Source: Vampirovibrio sp. (GTDB lineage Bacteria > Cyanobacteriota > Vampirovibrionia > Vampirovibrionales > Vampirovibrionaceae). Taken from it: DNA of 64,000 bases. Positions 39,204 through 48,735 of the stretch are shown here, one piece after another. The translations under genes and the position numbers were made by a program. The stretch's first letter is position 1; each line of letters opens with the position of its first letter. Below the pieces are notes generated by a model. It did not search any database. It saw only the letters and a list, made by a program, of their open reading frames with translations, and was not told the DNA's origin. The stretch is from NCBI GenBank assembly GCA_019634025.1, contig JAHQWC010000154.1:1309-65308 (forward strand), given 5' to 3'.

Positions 39204-39233
39204 ACGCCCGGTGAAACTTACCGGGCGTTTTTG
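39204..39233 (+). terminator. Rho-independent terminator after the porin gene
   Basis: ACGCCCGGT-GAAACTT-ACCGGGCGT followed by TTTTT. Confidence 0.75.
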
Positions 39234-39402
39234 TATGCACCTGCGCATTTATCTAGGGTCGGGTATGGAACACCTTTAGCTGTGAGCGAATTCAGATGCA
39301 TGCAGGCCCTGCAGCATCTTTACTGTCTATTTCAAAAATTTGTCGGCAAGCAGTAATGCCACGGGCCAGGCCAAAATAAAGTTCAACGCTGACAAACCAG
39401 TG

Positions 39403-40170
39403 CTACTTATCCAGATTGGCATTGAGCGTTGATGTATCGCTAAAGCAGTAGAGCTGGGCGGGGCGGTGATAGCCTTCCATTTTGGTTTCACCCACATCCT
39501 TGAGAATACCGGAGGAAATAATCTTTTTACGGAAATTCCGTTTATCAATCTTCTTTTCCAAAATCAATTCATAGACCCTTTGCAGCTCCGTCAGCGTGAA
39601 TTTCTCTGGTAAGAGTTGGAATGCAATGGGTGTGGACTCCAGTCGTGTCTTGAGTCGACTGAGAGCGTAATCCACAATACGGCGGTGATCAAATGCGAGG
39701 TCCGGTAGTTCCGTAATACAGTGCCATCCGATATTCTCTGCGTTGGCGTGAGCCTCTAACTTTAAGCTGCTGGAACTAACCAAGGCATAGTAGGCAACGG
39801 TAATAACCCGAGCTCTGGGATCTCGCCCCGGCTTACCAAAGGCATAAAGCTGTTCCAGGAAAATATCATGGACGTTGGTTTCTTCCTGAAGGCGGGCGCC
39901 GGCAGCTTCTTCTAAAGTCTCACCCTCATGGATAAACCCCCCAGGAATGGCCCACATATGAATAAAAGGCTCTTGTTTCCGTTGGATCAGCAGTGCCTTT
40001 AGGCGATCGTCTTGAATCGTGAACACCACAATATCTACGGTGACCAGGGGAATCTCGTATTCCGATAAAACGGTATCTGTTGACGACTCCGGAGATTTAC
40101 TCCGCTGGATCGATTGAATAAAAGAATCTGTCACAAACCACTTTCCTGTTGTTACGTTGGTGGATGGCAA
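39403..40170 (-). CDS. NUDIX hydrolase fused to a C-terminal winged-helix domain (NrtR-like ADP-ribose pyrophosphatase/NAD regulator family)
   Basis: Nudix box GGFIHEGETLEEAAGARLQEETNV, plus an ~80-aa C-terminal domain resembling the NrtR wHTH. Confidence 0.55.
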   Translation of the reverse strand: MPSTNVTTGKWFVTDSFIQSIQRSKSPESSTDTVLSEYEIPLVTVDIVVFTIQDDRLKALLIQRKQEPFIHMWAIPGGFIHEGETLEEAAGARLQEETNVHDIFLEQLYAFGKPGRDPRARVITVAYYALVSSSSLKLEAHANAENIGWHCITELPDLAFDHRRIVDYALSRLKTRLESTPIAFQLLPEKFTLTELQRVYELILEKKIDKRNFRKKIISSGILKDVGETKMEGYHRPAQLYCFSDTSTLNANLDK

Positions 40171-40327
40171 ACACCCCTATCAAACCGGATGACTTGCAGG
40201 GCACTTGGGTGGAATGGTGGGATAATGAGAAACCAATACAAAGGTGATCACAAAGGATCAAGAAAACACAGGCTGAAAAAGCTGGGTTTGAGATTCATCA
40301 TATCTGAAATATGACAATTGTCCAAGG

Positions 40328-41122
40328 CTAGGATTCTTTAAGAATAGCCGTTGCCAGCTCCTCGGCAGTATGAACCTGCGGTACAATATTTACACGGGTA
40401 AAATATTGGCGGGCAGCCTCTGCAGTAGTAGGACCAATACAGGCGACCGGAAAAGATTGTAATGACTCAGGCAGGGTAAAACTGTTTTGAGGGGAGCCTT
40501 TTTTGCCTGCTTCAATGGCCTGTTTACAAACCTCGATAGCAGAGGGGCTGGTAAAGACCAGGTAATGGATTTCTTTCTGGAACAATTCTATGGCGTTGGG
40601 CGGCAGTTTACTTACCGGGAGGGTTTTATAAACACACAGAGGTCTAACAGCTACCTGGTTCTGTTCCAGGATCTTTTTAAATGCCGGATTGGCTAAATTG
40701 CCGCAAGGCCATAGGACGTGTAACTCTGAACCTGCAAGCGCCTGGCTATTAGACTGACACCACTGTCGAGCTGCGTTTTCCGCTGTAAAATCATCCGGCA
40801 CAAAAGCAGCTTCCAGATGGTAGGTTTGAAGAGCTTCTTGGGTTTTTCTGCCAACTACACCTACCGGGCAAGTGATCGAGGCAGGATCTACCTGACTGAA
40901 AAAATAGTGGACTGCAGTCTGGCTGGTAAAAAACAACCAGTTAGGTTTACGTGAGGGTAGTGAAAAAGCAACTGCCTCAAACTGGATCAGGGGAATATGA
41001 TGCACCACAGCCCCGGCTTTCTGAAGTGGATCATCAAAGGATCTTGTCTGGACTGGGCCTGTCCATACAATGTGTTTGCCTCCTAAAGGTAAGGATGGCT
41101 CTAATAGCATAGAGCGGTTCAC
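40328..41122 (-). CDS. hemD: Uroporphyrinogen-III synthase
   Basis: N-terminal …HIVWTGPVQTRSFDDPLQKAGAVVHHIPLIQFEAV… matches the HemD pattern (ILVTRP…PLIEF). ~260 aa with a two-lobed fold. Confidence 0.55.
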   Translation of the reverse strand: MNRSMLLEPSLPLGGKHIVWTGPVQTRSFDDPLQKAGAVVHHIPLIQFEAVAFSLPSRKPNWLFFTSQTAVHYFFSQVDPASITCPVGVVGRKTQEALQTYHLEAAFVPDDFTAENAARQWCQSNSQALAGSELHVLWPCGNLANPAFKKILEQNQVAVRPLCVYKTLPVSKLPPNAIELFQKEIHYLVFTSPSAIEVCKQAIEAGKKGSPQNSFTLPESLQSFPVACIGPTTAEAARQYFTRVNIVPQVHTAEELATAILKES

Positions 41123-41211
41123 ATTTCCTCCATCAGGTGGATCCTGTCATCAACCAATACCTCATTATAATGTGAATAGGCGATGGTTGTTAAAGACGAG
41201 GCCCCGTTGGA

Positions 41212-41781
41212 ATGGTTTTAGCAGACTTAAAAGAGTTTACACACGCAATGGGTTCTTGGGCTATGGGAATGGTCGGGTTGGGTTACTCACACCAAAACCA
41301 GGCCCGCTCGGTAACAAACCGAAAAAAGGCCGGACAACTTATTCAATCCGTGTTGGAAGAGCGGATTACACCTTCCATGGCCCTTAGTCAGTGGCCTTAC
41401 TTTTATAACGGAAACTATTTGCACGACGAGACATTGAACGCCGCTTATCAGGCATTGTGGCACTTTGAGTCCGACGAGGATCATCAACAAGACGAACTGT
41501 ATTATATGGATATTCAACTGGAACTCTTAAAACAGGTGGCCAGTTACCTCTGTAGAGGAAAAGACCTACCGGGCCATATCTTGGCAGCTTACCCAAATAA
41601 GGGAAATATTATATTTTACGGCGAAAAACCTTTTGCTCCCTTGCCCCAAGAATACCTCCGGCAGTGCTTAGGTCAATGGCGAAAGACCATCCAAGGATTT
41701 CAAAACGGCTTGAACTTACAGATTTCTGTCTTAAAAGAGAGCGGCTTGTGGGGTGTGCCTAACAAAAATCCCCGCCAGTAA
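41212..41781 (+). CDS. Hypothetical protein (189 aa)
   Basis: Intact ORF with no recognisable motif. Confidence 0.35.
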   Translation: MVLADLKEFTHAMGSWAMGMVGLGYSHQNQARSVTNRKKAGQLIQSVLEERITPSMALSQWPYFYNGNYLHDETLNAAYQALWHFESDEDHQQDELYYMDIQLELLKQVASYLCRGKDLPGHILAAYPNKGNIIFYGEKPFAPLPQEYLRQCLGQWRKTIQGFQNGLNLQISVLKESGLWGVPNKNPRQ

Positions 41782-41824
41782 AAACCTGACAGGGATTCTT
41801 GAAGTTTTTGAGGAATATTAATTC

Positions 41825-42223
41825 CTAGTGGTGGTCTGCGTGGTGATCGTCGCCGTGGGCGTCGTGAGCATCAGCAGCGTGATGATCATCACCGTGGCCA
41901 ATGGCGTCATGAGCAGCATCAGAAACATCTTCAGCAGCGCCATGGGCGGCGTCAACAGCACCGTGAGCGGCGTCTTTTGTGGCGTCTACAGCGCCTTCCA
42001 TAGCTTCACCAGCACCGTGTGCTGCATCTTCCATAGCTTCACCGGCTCCATGAGCGGCATCTTCCATGGCATCACCCACACCGGCAGCAGCACCTTCAAC
42101 ATGCTCCATCATGCCACCTTCTTCGGCAACAGGCTCAGCCTGTTTTTTGGCACAACCGGCCAAGGTCAAGGTAGAGGCAACAGCCGCCACAAGGGCCAAG
42201 GTGGTAAATAATTTCACGTTCAT
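41825..42223 (-). CDS. Histidine-rich repetitive lipoprotein (putative periplasmic metal-binding protein)
   Basis: Signal peptide with lipobox LTLAGC. Tandem DAAHGAGEAMED repeats and a C-terminal HGDDHHAADAHDAHGDDHHADHH tail. Confidence 0.6.
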   Translation of the reverse strand: MNVKLFTTLALVAAVASTLTLAGCAKKQAEPVAEEGGMMEHVEGAAAGVGDAMEDAAHGAGEAMEDAAHGAGEAMEGAVDATKDAAHGAVDAAHGAAEDVSDAAHDAIGHGDDHHAADAHDAHGDDHHADHH

Positions 42224-42497
42224 ATCGACTCCTTAAAATCCTAACTGCAATCAGGGTAACAAACGATGCATCTCGACAATTTTGTCAGGTGAATCATACG
42301 GGAACAAAACACCAACGGCAAGAGATACTGCCAAATCTTTATTTTATAGTTGACTGTATTAAAGACGATGTTGCCGGATGGGTCAAGTAGATTGAGGGTT
42401 CAGCAAACAGACGCCTTTTTTGAATCTAACAGGTAAAATGTAAAGAAGATGTCATGTTCTATATCAGTTAGGGACCATGGAAGGTAGAGGCGTCGGC

Positions 42498-42824
42498 ATG
42501 GATTCAAAAAGCACTTTTTGCGTTGTTATAGTCACCTGCGGGTCTAGCGAAGAAGCAACCCACATCAGTAAAACCATTGTGTCGGAAAAATTAGCTGCCT
42601 GCGTAAATGTGTCGGGTCCCATTCAATCGCACTATATTTGGAACGGTGTTTTGCAAGATGATGCGGAGTACATGCTGTTGATCAAAACCCAGCCTAACTG
42701 CCTCCCAGAGCTGGAAAAGCGGGTAAAAGAGTTGCACAGTTATGAGGTTGCCGAGTTTATTGCCCTACCGGTTATCGGCGGCAGCCAAGCTTATCTTTCC
42801 TGGGTAGCTCAATCAGTCGGTTGA
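42498..42824 (+). CDS. cutA: Divalent-cation tolerance protein CutA
   Basis: CutA1 family sequence FCVVIVTCGSSEEATHISKTIVSEKLAACVNVSGPIQSHYIWNG…, ~108 aa. Confidence 0.8.
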   Translation: MDSKSTFCVVIVTCGSSEEATHISKTIVSEKLAACVNVSGPIQSHYIWNGVLQDDAEYMLLIKTQPNCLPELEKRVKELHSYEVAEFIALPVIGGSQAYLSWVAQSVG

Positions 42825-42980
42825 TTTTGCTTGCGGATCCCGGACTTTGCCGCCTATAATATGAAAACAAACTTGCGGGGTGGTTTCCTTCATCAGAGAT
42901 TTCTGGAACAGTTTGAACCGGAAATGTTTGCCAAAAAGGTGTCACCGGTACGCATTTAGAACGAGAAAAAGGAATTTGCA

Positions 42981-44039
42981 GTGGGTTTATTCAACTTTGT
43001 GAAGAAAAGCACCAACGATCTCGGCATTGACCTGGGTACGGTGAACACACTGGTTTGTACCGCATCAAAAGGTGTTGTACTTAGGGAACCTTCCGTTGTC
43101 GCTATTGATCACAGCCAGCGCCCACCGCAAGTGATCGAAGTAGGTATTGCTGCCCGGGATATGATTGGCAGAACCCCCGGCAACATTAAAGCAACTCGCC
43201 CGCTACGTGACGGTGTTATTGCCGAATTTGAATGGGCTGAGGTGATGCTGAAACGGTTTATCGAAAAAGTTTCTGGTAACCAAGGCCTTCTTGGTGCACG
43301 GCCAGGCCGAATTGCCATTGGCTTGCCCAGTGGCGTAACTGAAGTTGAACGACGTGCTGTTGGCGATGCTGCCTACGGTTCCGGTGCTCGGATTGTTAGC
43401 TTGATTCCTGAGCCTATGGCTGCCGCCATTGGCGCAGGCATGCCGGTAGAAAAACCGACTGGGTCCATGATCATCGACATCGGTGGTGGGACTACTGAAA
43501 TTGCGGTTTTGAGCTTAAACGGCATTGTCGTCAGCAAAAGCCTGCGGGTGGCTGGTGATGAGTTGAATGAGAATATCCTGGATCACCTTAAGCGGGTCCA
43601 TAACCTGTCAGTGGGTGAGCGTACTGCTGAAGACATTAAAATTAAACTCGGCTCGGCCTATAAAACCGATGAGGAAGAGGAAATGGAAGTCCGGGGACTG
43701 AACCTCCTCAACGGTCTGCCTCACACCATTGTGGTGAGCAGCTCCGAGATCCGTGACTGTATGAACCCCACCCTCATGCGGATTGTGGAAGGGGTCAAAA
43801 TGACCCTGGAAATGACCCCACCGGAACTGGCGGCAGATATCGTCGATCGTGGCATTGTTTTGGCTGGGGGCGGTGCCTTGTTGACAGGATTTGATGAATT
43901 GATTAATAAAGAGGTGGAAGTCCCTGTTCACATCGCCAGCGACCCTCTTTCATGTGTGGTGCTGGGAACTGAAAAATTGCTGAATGACCCCACCTACAAA
44001 AAAATCTTGCACTCCACCGAGTACGATCCTCGCAACTAA
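42981..44039 (+). CDS. mreB: Rod-shape-determining actin homologue MreB
   Basis: LGIDLGTVNTLV phosphate-1 motif and an actin/Hsp70 fold. Uses a GTG start with an AAGGAA RBS. Confidence 0.9.
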   Translation: MGLFNFVKKSTNDLGIDLGTVNTLVCTASKGVVLREPSVVAIDHSQRPPQVIEVGIAARDMIGRTPGNIKATRPLRDGVIAEFEWAEVMLKRFIEKVSGNQGLLGARPGRIAIGLPSGVTEVERRAVGDAAYGSGARIVSLIPEPMAAAIGAGMPVEKPTGSMIIDIGGGTTEIAVLSLNGIVVSKSLRVAGDELNENILDHLKRVHNLSVGERTAEDIKIKLGSAYKTDEEEEMEVRGLNLLNGLPHTIVVSSSEIRDCMNPTLMRIVEGVKMTLEMTPPELAADIVDRGIVLAGGGALLTGFDELINKEVEVPVHIASDPLSCVVLGTEKLLNDPTYKKILHSTEYDPRN

Positions 44040-44514
44040 CGCCCCACTCTCTATAGTGTTGGTGGAGCCTCGTATTCCTCAAAATACCGGCAACATCTCC
44101 AGGTTGTGTGCCTGCACGGGCGTCGATCTGTTTCTGGTAGGTGACCTGGGCTTTAGGCTCAGCGACAAGCTGCTGAAACGATCCGGTATGGATTATATGG
44201 ACCGGGTTACACCAATACATTTGCAAAGCTTTGAAGCCTTGACTGAAGAAAAGCCAGGTTGGCAGCCGGTTTACCTAAGCACCAAAGCTACTCAATCTCA
44301 TTGGGAATACACCTACCAACCCAACAGTTTACTGGTCTTTGGCAGCGAGACCCAGGGTTTGCCGGAGTGGGTGATTACAGAAAACCCTGGCCACAGCGTG
44401 CGGATCCCGATGGCTGAAGGCGCCAGAAGTTTGAACTTAGCCAGCTCTACGGCCATTGTTTTGTATGAAGCTTTAAGGCAGATCAACACGTCTCAAAGAG
44501 AACTCCTTATATGA
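43984..44514 (+). CDS. trmL: tRNA (cytidine/uridine-2'-O)-methyltransferase TrmL (SpoU/TrmH family)
   Basis: LSIVLVEPRIPQNTGNISRLCACTG motif and ~155-aa core. The longest ORF overlaps the mreB 3' end by 56 nt; the true start is probably a downstream non-ATG codon. Confidence 0.7.
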   Translation: MTPPTKKSCTPPSTILATNAPLSIVLVEPRIPQNTGNISRLCACTGVDLFLVGDLGFRLSDKLLKRSGMDYMDRVTPIHLQSFEALTEEKPGWQPVYLSTKATQSHWEYTYQPNSLLVFGSETQGLPEWVITENPGHSVRIPMAEGARSLNLASSTAIVLYEALRQINTSQRELLI

Positions 44515-45320
44515 AACACCTCAACATAACGCGTTTGGCGCTCACTGCCGCTAGTTTTTTTCTACTTTTGATAATGGGCGGAATTTACACGGGGGCTCCT
44601 GCCGGGCAAGTGGTTAACCGGGTTAAGCCTCCTAAAAACCCGGTTCAACGCCAAGTAACAGAATGGACTCAAGTGCTTTCTCAGCAAGACACACAAGGTC
44701 ACCTTGATTTATTTGATCTAAAAACCCATCCTCAGCCTTTAAACACCTATTTGGATCAACTGGCCCAACAGTCTCCTGTCAGTCACCCCAATCGTTTTAA
44801 AACAACTGAGAAGCAACTGGCCTATTGGTTAAACGCCTATAACACCTTGGCCTTAAAACTCATCATCGATGCGGCTCCGGTCAATGATCTTAAAGACATT
44901 CCTGGCTTTTTTTCCATCCGCCGCTATATTTTAGGCGGCATTAAAATGAGTTTATCAGATATACAGACACTGCTGGCCAGACAATATCCCAGTAAGCCTT
45001 ATCTGGTTTTCGCCCTATCCGATTTTAGCCATAGGACCCCGGCACCTGTTCAACTCAAGGCCAGTGACCTTCAAAAACAATTAAAACAATTGGCCGATAA
45101 AACCTTACAACAGCCTGGCGCTGTTACCCTAGAAGATGGGTGTGGCCCTATTCACGTGCCTCATTTCTTATCTGAACTCACCGAAACAAATCGAACTGAA
45201 ACCATCCTTTCTCTCCTCAATATCCACGCCCCACCCAGGATTAGGGGTGATCTTTACCGCGAATGTAACTGGCAAATCCTGTTTGATAAACCGGATACCC
45301 GGATCCGGCAATCCTTATAA
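44511..45320 (+). CDS. DUF547-domain protein with an N-terminal signal/TM segment
   Basis: LAYWLNAYNTLALKLIIDAAPV matches the conserved DUF547 core. Confidence 0.5.
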   Translation: MKHLNITRLALTAASFFLLLIMGGIYTGAPAGQVVNRVKPPKNPVQRQVTEWTQVLSQQDTQGHLDLFDLKTHPQPLNTYLDQLAQQSPVSHPNRFKTTEKQLAYWLNAYNTLALKLIIDAAPVNDLKDIPGFFSIRRYILGGIKMSLSDIQTLLARQYPSKPYLVFALSDFSHRTPAPVQLKASDLQKQLKQLADKTLQQPGAVTLEDGCGPIHVPHFLSELTETNRTETILSLLNIHAPPRIRGDLYRECNWQILFDKPDTRIRQSL

Positions 45321-45510
45321 TAATTAGCTCTTACCATAAGGTTTGCGTAAGCGCCTTACACTGCTTGCGTTTTCTCAAAAATAACTACTCAGAGTTGATA
45401 GATGAGTTTGTTTATTATTCAATAAATCGCTGCGGACGCCTGAAATTTCCATCGAACCAGCCTCCTCTCACTTCAGCAACACGCCCGCCAATCCATAGGG
45501 CTTTCCCACC

Positions 45511-46284
45511 ATGCAATCCACTCAGCCGTTCCCCAAACCTATTCACCCAAGCGTCATTGGTGCTAATCAGCCGCTGGACGTTTTTCGCAAGATACCCCTG
45601 TTTGACTCTCTGACCGAAGCTGATCTGACGTTTATTCGTCCTTTCTTCCATGAGTCTCGGTACGAAAAAGAGAGCGTTATTTTTTACGAGCGAGATCTCC
45701 CCAAAGAGTCCGGCGCCAAAGTTTATTTTGTGTCATCGGGTTGTATTAAGCTGGTGAAGTACTCTTCTGATGGTGAGAGCACCATTGTTCGTCTCGCGTC
45801 AGTCGGAGAATTCTTCGGTGTTACCGGCGCCCTGACAGATAAACCTTATCCTTTCTCGGCAGAAGCTCTCTCGGATACCAGTATTCTCTATGTCGGCAAA
45901 GACGATTTTGTAAACCTGGTGGGACGTTACCCGCAACTCGCCCTGGATATGGTGGTGCAGTTGGGTGAGGTGCTTTGGTTCAATTACGAAACGCACAATC
46001 AAGTGGTCAAGAAAACCGACGCCCGAGTCTCTAAAATCATCCTGTATCACCTCAAACGGGATGGGTATCAGGATACCCCTGATGGCAAAATATTGAACAT
46101 CAACCTGCCCCATGACTATATGGCCAGCATGACCGGTATTGCCTATGAAGAGTCCGTCCGGATCATCAGCCGTTTGAAAAAACAGTTTGGCTGCATCAAC
46201 TACCTGCGCGGCGGCAAAATTGTGATCAAAGATTTAGACTGCTTAAAAAACATTGCCCAGTTAGACGAAGCCTGGGGCTACTAA
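45511..46284 (+). CDS. Crp/Fnr-family transcriptional regulator
   Basis: cNMP-binding beta-roll (…GEFFGVTGALTDKPYPFSAEAL…) plus a C-terminal HTH (…MTGIAYEESVRIISRL…). Confidence 0.75.
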   Translation: MQSTQPFPKPIHPSVIGANQPLDVFRKIPLFDSLTEADLTFIRPFFHESRYEKESVIFYERDLPKESGAKVYFVSSGCIKLVKYSSDGESTIVRLASVGEFFGVTGALTDKPYPFSAEALSDTSILYVGKDDFVNLVGRYPQLALDMVVQLGEVLWFNYETHNQVVKKTDARVSKIILYHLKRDGYQDTPDGKILNINLPHDYMASMTGIAYEESVRIISRLKKQFGCINYLRGGKIVIKDLDCLKNIAQLDEAWGY

Positions 46285-46303
46285 GATACACTTTATTCTG
46301 GTA

Positions 46304-47323
46304 TTACACCCGGATACAGATCTTGCCCACGTGCGCGGCGGCTTCTATGTGCGTAAACGCCTCCGGTGCTTCCTCAAAGTCGAATACCCGATCAATCACT
46401 GGTTGAATCTTCGTCTGAGCTATCCCAGCATTCATGGCGTCAAACGATTGCCGATCACCCACATAAATTCCTTGTACTCGAACCCGGTTCCGCAGGATGG
46501 GAATCACACTCATATCCTTGGTGACGCCGGCCAAAATCCCGATCTGGTAAATATTGCCACCAAACCGCACACAGGCCAACGATTTTTCCAGCGTACCAGC
46601 GCCCCCCACTTCTAAAATATGGTCCACACCCACACCGTCAGTCAGCGATAACACAGATTCCTCCCAATCAGGCGTGTTGCGATAATTGATGCAATCTCCA
46701 GCCGAGATGCCCAGAGCCTGCAGTTTCGTCAGTTTTTCATCACTGCTGGAGGTCACAATAGGCCGGGCGCCTACTGCCAAAGCGAGTTGGGCGGCAAACA
46801 CCGATACACCGCCAGTACCTAAACACAGCACGGTTTCTCCTGGCCGCAAGTTTCCTTCGGTAAACAATGCATTCCATGCCGTCACTGCTGCGCAAGGCAG
46901 GGTAGCCGCCTCCTCATCACTCAAATAAGCTGGCACATGCACCACCCCGTTTTCATGAATGATCTTATGCGTCATTAACATCCCATCGGCTGGGCCGCCT
47001 TGACTAGACTTTAAGGCCTCTCGGCTCGGCTTCCCACAGGTCCAGTGTTCAAAAAAGCACCCCGCCACACGGTCTCCTGGCTGCACCTGAGTCACCTCAG
47101 CACCTACCGAAATAACTTCTCCTACCCCGTCAGACAAGGGCACTAACGGCAAAGGTTGTCGGGGATTATAGCGCCCGGTGACCATCATCAAATCTCGATA
47201 GTTTAACGACATGGCGGTCATTTTCACCACCACCTCATACGGCCCAGGTGTGGGATCAGGCCGTTCTACTTGAACCAGATGGCTAATCCCAAAACTCTCC
47301 TGTATTTCCCATGCTTTCATCAA
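46304..47323 (-). CDS. Zinc-type alcohol dehydrogenase / quinone oxidoreductase (MDR superfamily)
   Basis: GroES-like N-terminal domain and a Rossmann motif CLGTGGVSVFAAQLA. Confidence 0.75.
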   Translation of the reverse strand: MMKAWEIQESFGISHLVQVERPDPTPGPYEVVVKMTAMSLNYRDLMMVTGRYNPRQPLPLVPLSDGVGEVISVGAEVTQVQPGDRVAGCFFEHWTCGKPSREALKSSQGGPADGMLMTHKIIHENGVVHVPAYLSDEEAATLPCAAVTAWNALFTEGNLRPGETVLCLGTGGVSVFAAQLALAVGARPIVTSSSDEKLTKLQALGISAGDCINYRNTPDWEESVLSLTDGVGVDHILEVGGAGTLEKSLACVRFGGNIYQIGILAGVTKDMSVIPILRNRVRVQGIYVGDRQSFDAMNAGIAQTKIQPVIDRVFDFEEAPEAFTHIEAAAHVGKICIRV

Positions 47324-47562
47324 CCATCACCTCTCTGTATCGTGGATTTAACAGGTAGTATGTTACCAAGAGCAAGCCCCCCGTCATAACAGATGTCTAT
47401 GCTATAGTATGAGCACTTGGCGGCTCTTTTATCACCGGCTGAACGAGCAGCAGCAATGCTGCGAGCGAGGCCAAAAAATTATCAGGGTCGGGTTTGGGGC
47501 AGGATACAGGCCCCAATGCCGACGGAGTCGGCCCATCAGCAAGCCGTAGGATTATGCAATAA

Positions 47563-48735
47563 ATGGCGTCACAAAGATTTGACCACCTGCAATACTGCAT
47601 TCGCTGCTGCATGCCTGAAACCCAAGAGGGCCTGAAGTTCGATGAAATGGGCATTTGCCAAGCTTGTCAGTCGTCGGAGCAAAAAATTCATATTAACTGG
47701 GTCGAACGAGAAAGAGTTCTCAGAAATCTTCTAGAAGACGTGAAGGCCAAAGCGGGCAATAATTACGATTGCATCCTGCCCATTAGCGGTGGTAAAGACA
47801 GCACGTTTCAAATGCACGTATTGGTCAACGTCTATAAAATGAAGCCTCTGGCGGTTACCTTCAGCCATAACTGGTTTAGCGAAACCGGTTGGTATAACCT
47901 CACCAATGCTCTTGAACAGTTTGATATCGATCACATCCTGTTCACCCCCAACCGAGGGCTGGTGAACCGGTTGGCCAAAAAATCTTTGTCCGCCATTGGC
48001 GACTCTTGTTGGCATTGCCACAGTGGCATTGGCGCCTTCCCCTTACAAATAGCGGTTAAGTTTAATATCCCTCTCCTCATCTGGGGCGAATCCATTGCCG
48101 AAGCCTCAGGCCGAGCCTCTTATTTAGAGCCGGTGCGTAAGTTTGACCGGGAATACTTCACCAAGGTGTCTGCCAAGGTGAAGCCAGAAGACATGGTGGG
48201 TGATGGCCTGACAGAAAAAGATCTTCAGCCCTTTATGTTGCCCAGTGCCGAAGAGTGCGAACGCGTTGGCCTGTATGGCATTCATTTGGGTGATTACATT
48301 TTTTGGGACGATGAACGCCAGACCGAATTTGTCCGGGATACATACGGCTGGAAAGAGACCGAAATTGAAGGTGCTTTTAAGTGCTATAAAAGTGCTGAAT
48401 GCGTTATGCCCGGCATGCATGATTTCACCTGCTACCTTAAACGCGGCTTTGGCCGTTCCTCATACCAAGCCAGTGTGGATGTGCGTAATGGTCTCCTGAC
48501 TCGAGAAGAAGGATTTGAGCTGGCCAAAAAAGATATGGAACGTCCTGAAGCCCTTGATTATTACTTAAAAATTACCGGCTTAACTGAGGAAGAATTTTAC
48601 GAGACCATGAAATCCAAACGCGTTCCTCAACTCCAAGGCGTTGATTTGCCGGTGATCGAAAAGACTCGCCCCAACCGCGAACGCATCCTCCCGTATCCCC
48701 AGCAACTTCAAGAAGATATGTCGCCTAAAAAATGA
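47563..48735 (+). CDS. N-acetyl sugar amidotransferase (PP-loop ATP pyrophosphatase; LPS/polysaccharide biosynthesis, WbuX/PseA-like)
   Basis: N-terminal CxxC…CxxC zinc ribbon (CIRCCMPE…GICQACQ) followed by PP-loop ILPISGGKDSTF. Confidence 0.7.
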   Translation: MASQRFDHLQYCIRCCMPETQEGLKFDEMGICQACQSSEQKIHINWVERERVLRNLLEDVKAKAGNNYDCILPISGGKDSTFQMHVLVNVYKMKPLAVTFSHNWFSETGWYNLTNALEQFDIDHILFTPNRGLVNRLAKKSLSAIGDSCWHCHSGIGAFPLQIAVKFNIPLLIWGESIAEASGRASYLEPVRKFDREYFTKVSAKVKPEDMVGDGLTEKDLQPFMLPSAEECERVGLYGIHLGDYIFWDDERQTEFVRDTYGWKETEIEGAFKCYKSAECVMPGMHDFTCYLKRGFGRSSYQASVDVRNGLLTREEGFELAKKDMERPEALDYYLKITGLTEEEFYETMKSKRVPQLQGVDLPVIEKTRPNRERILPYPQQLQEDMSPKK

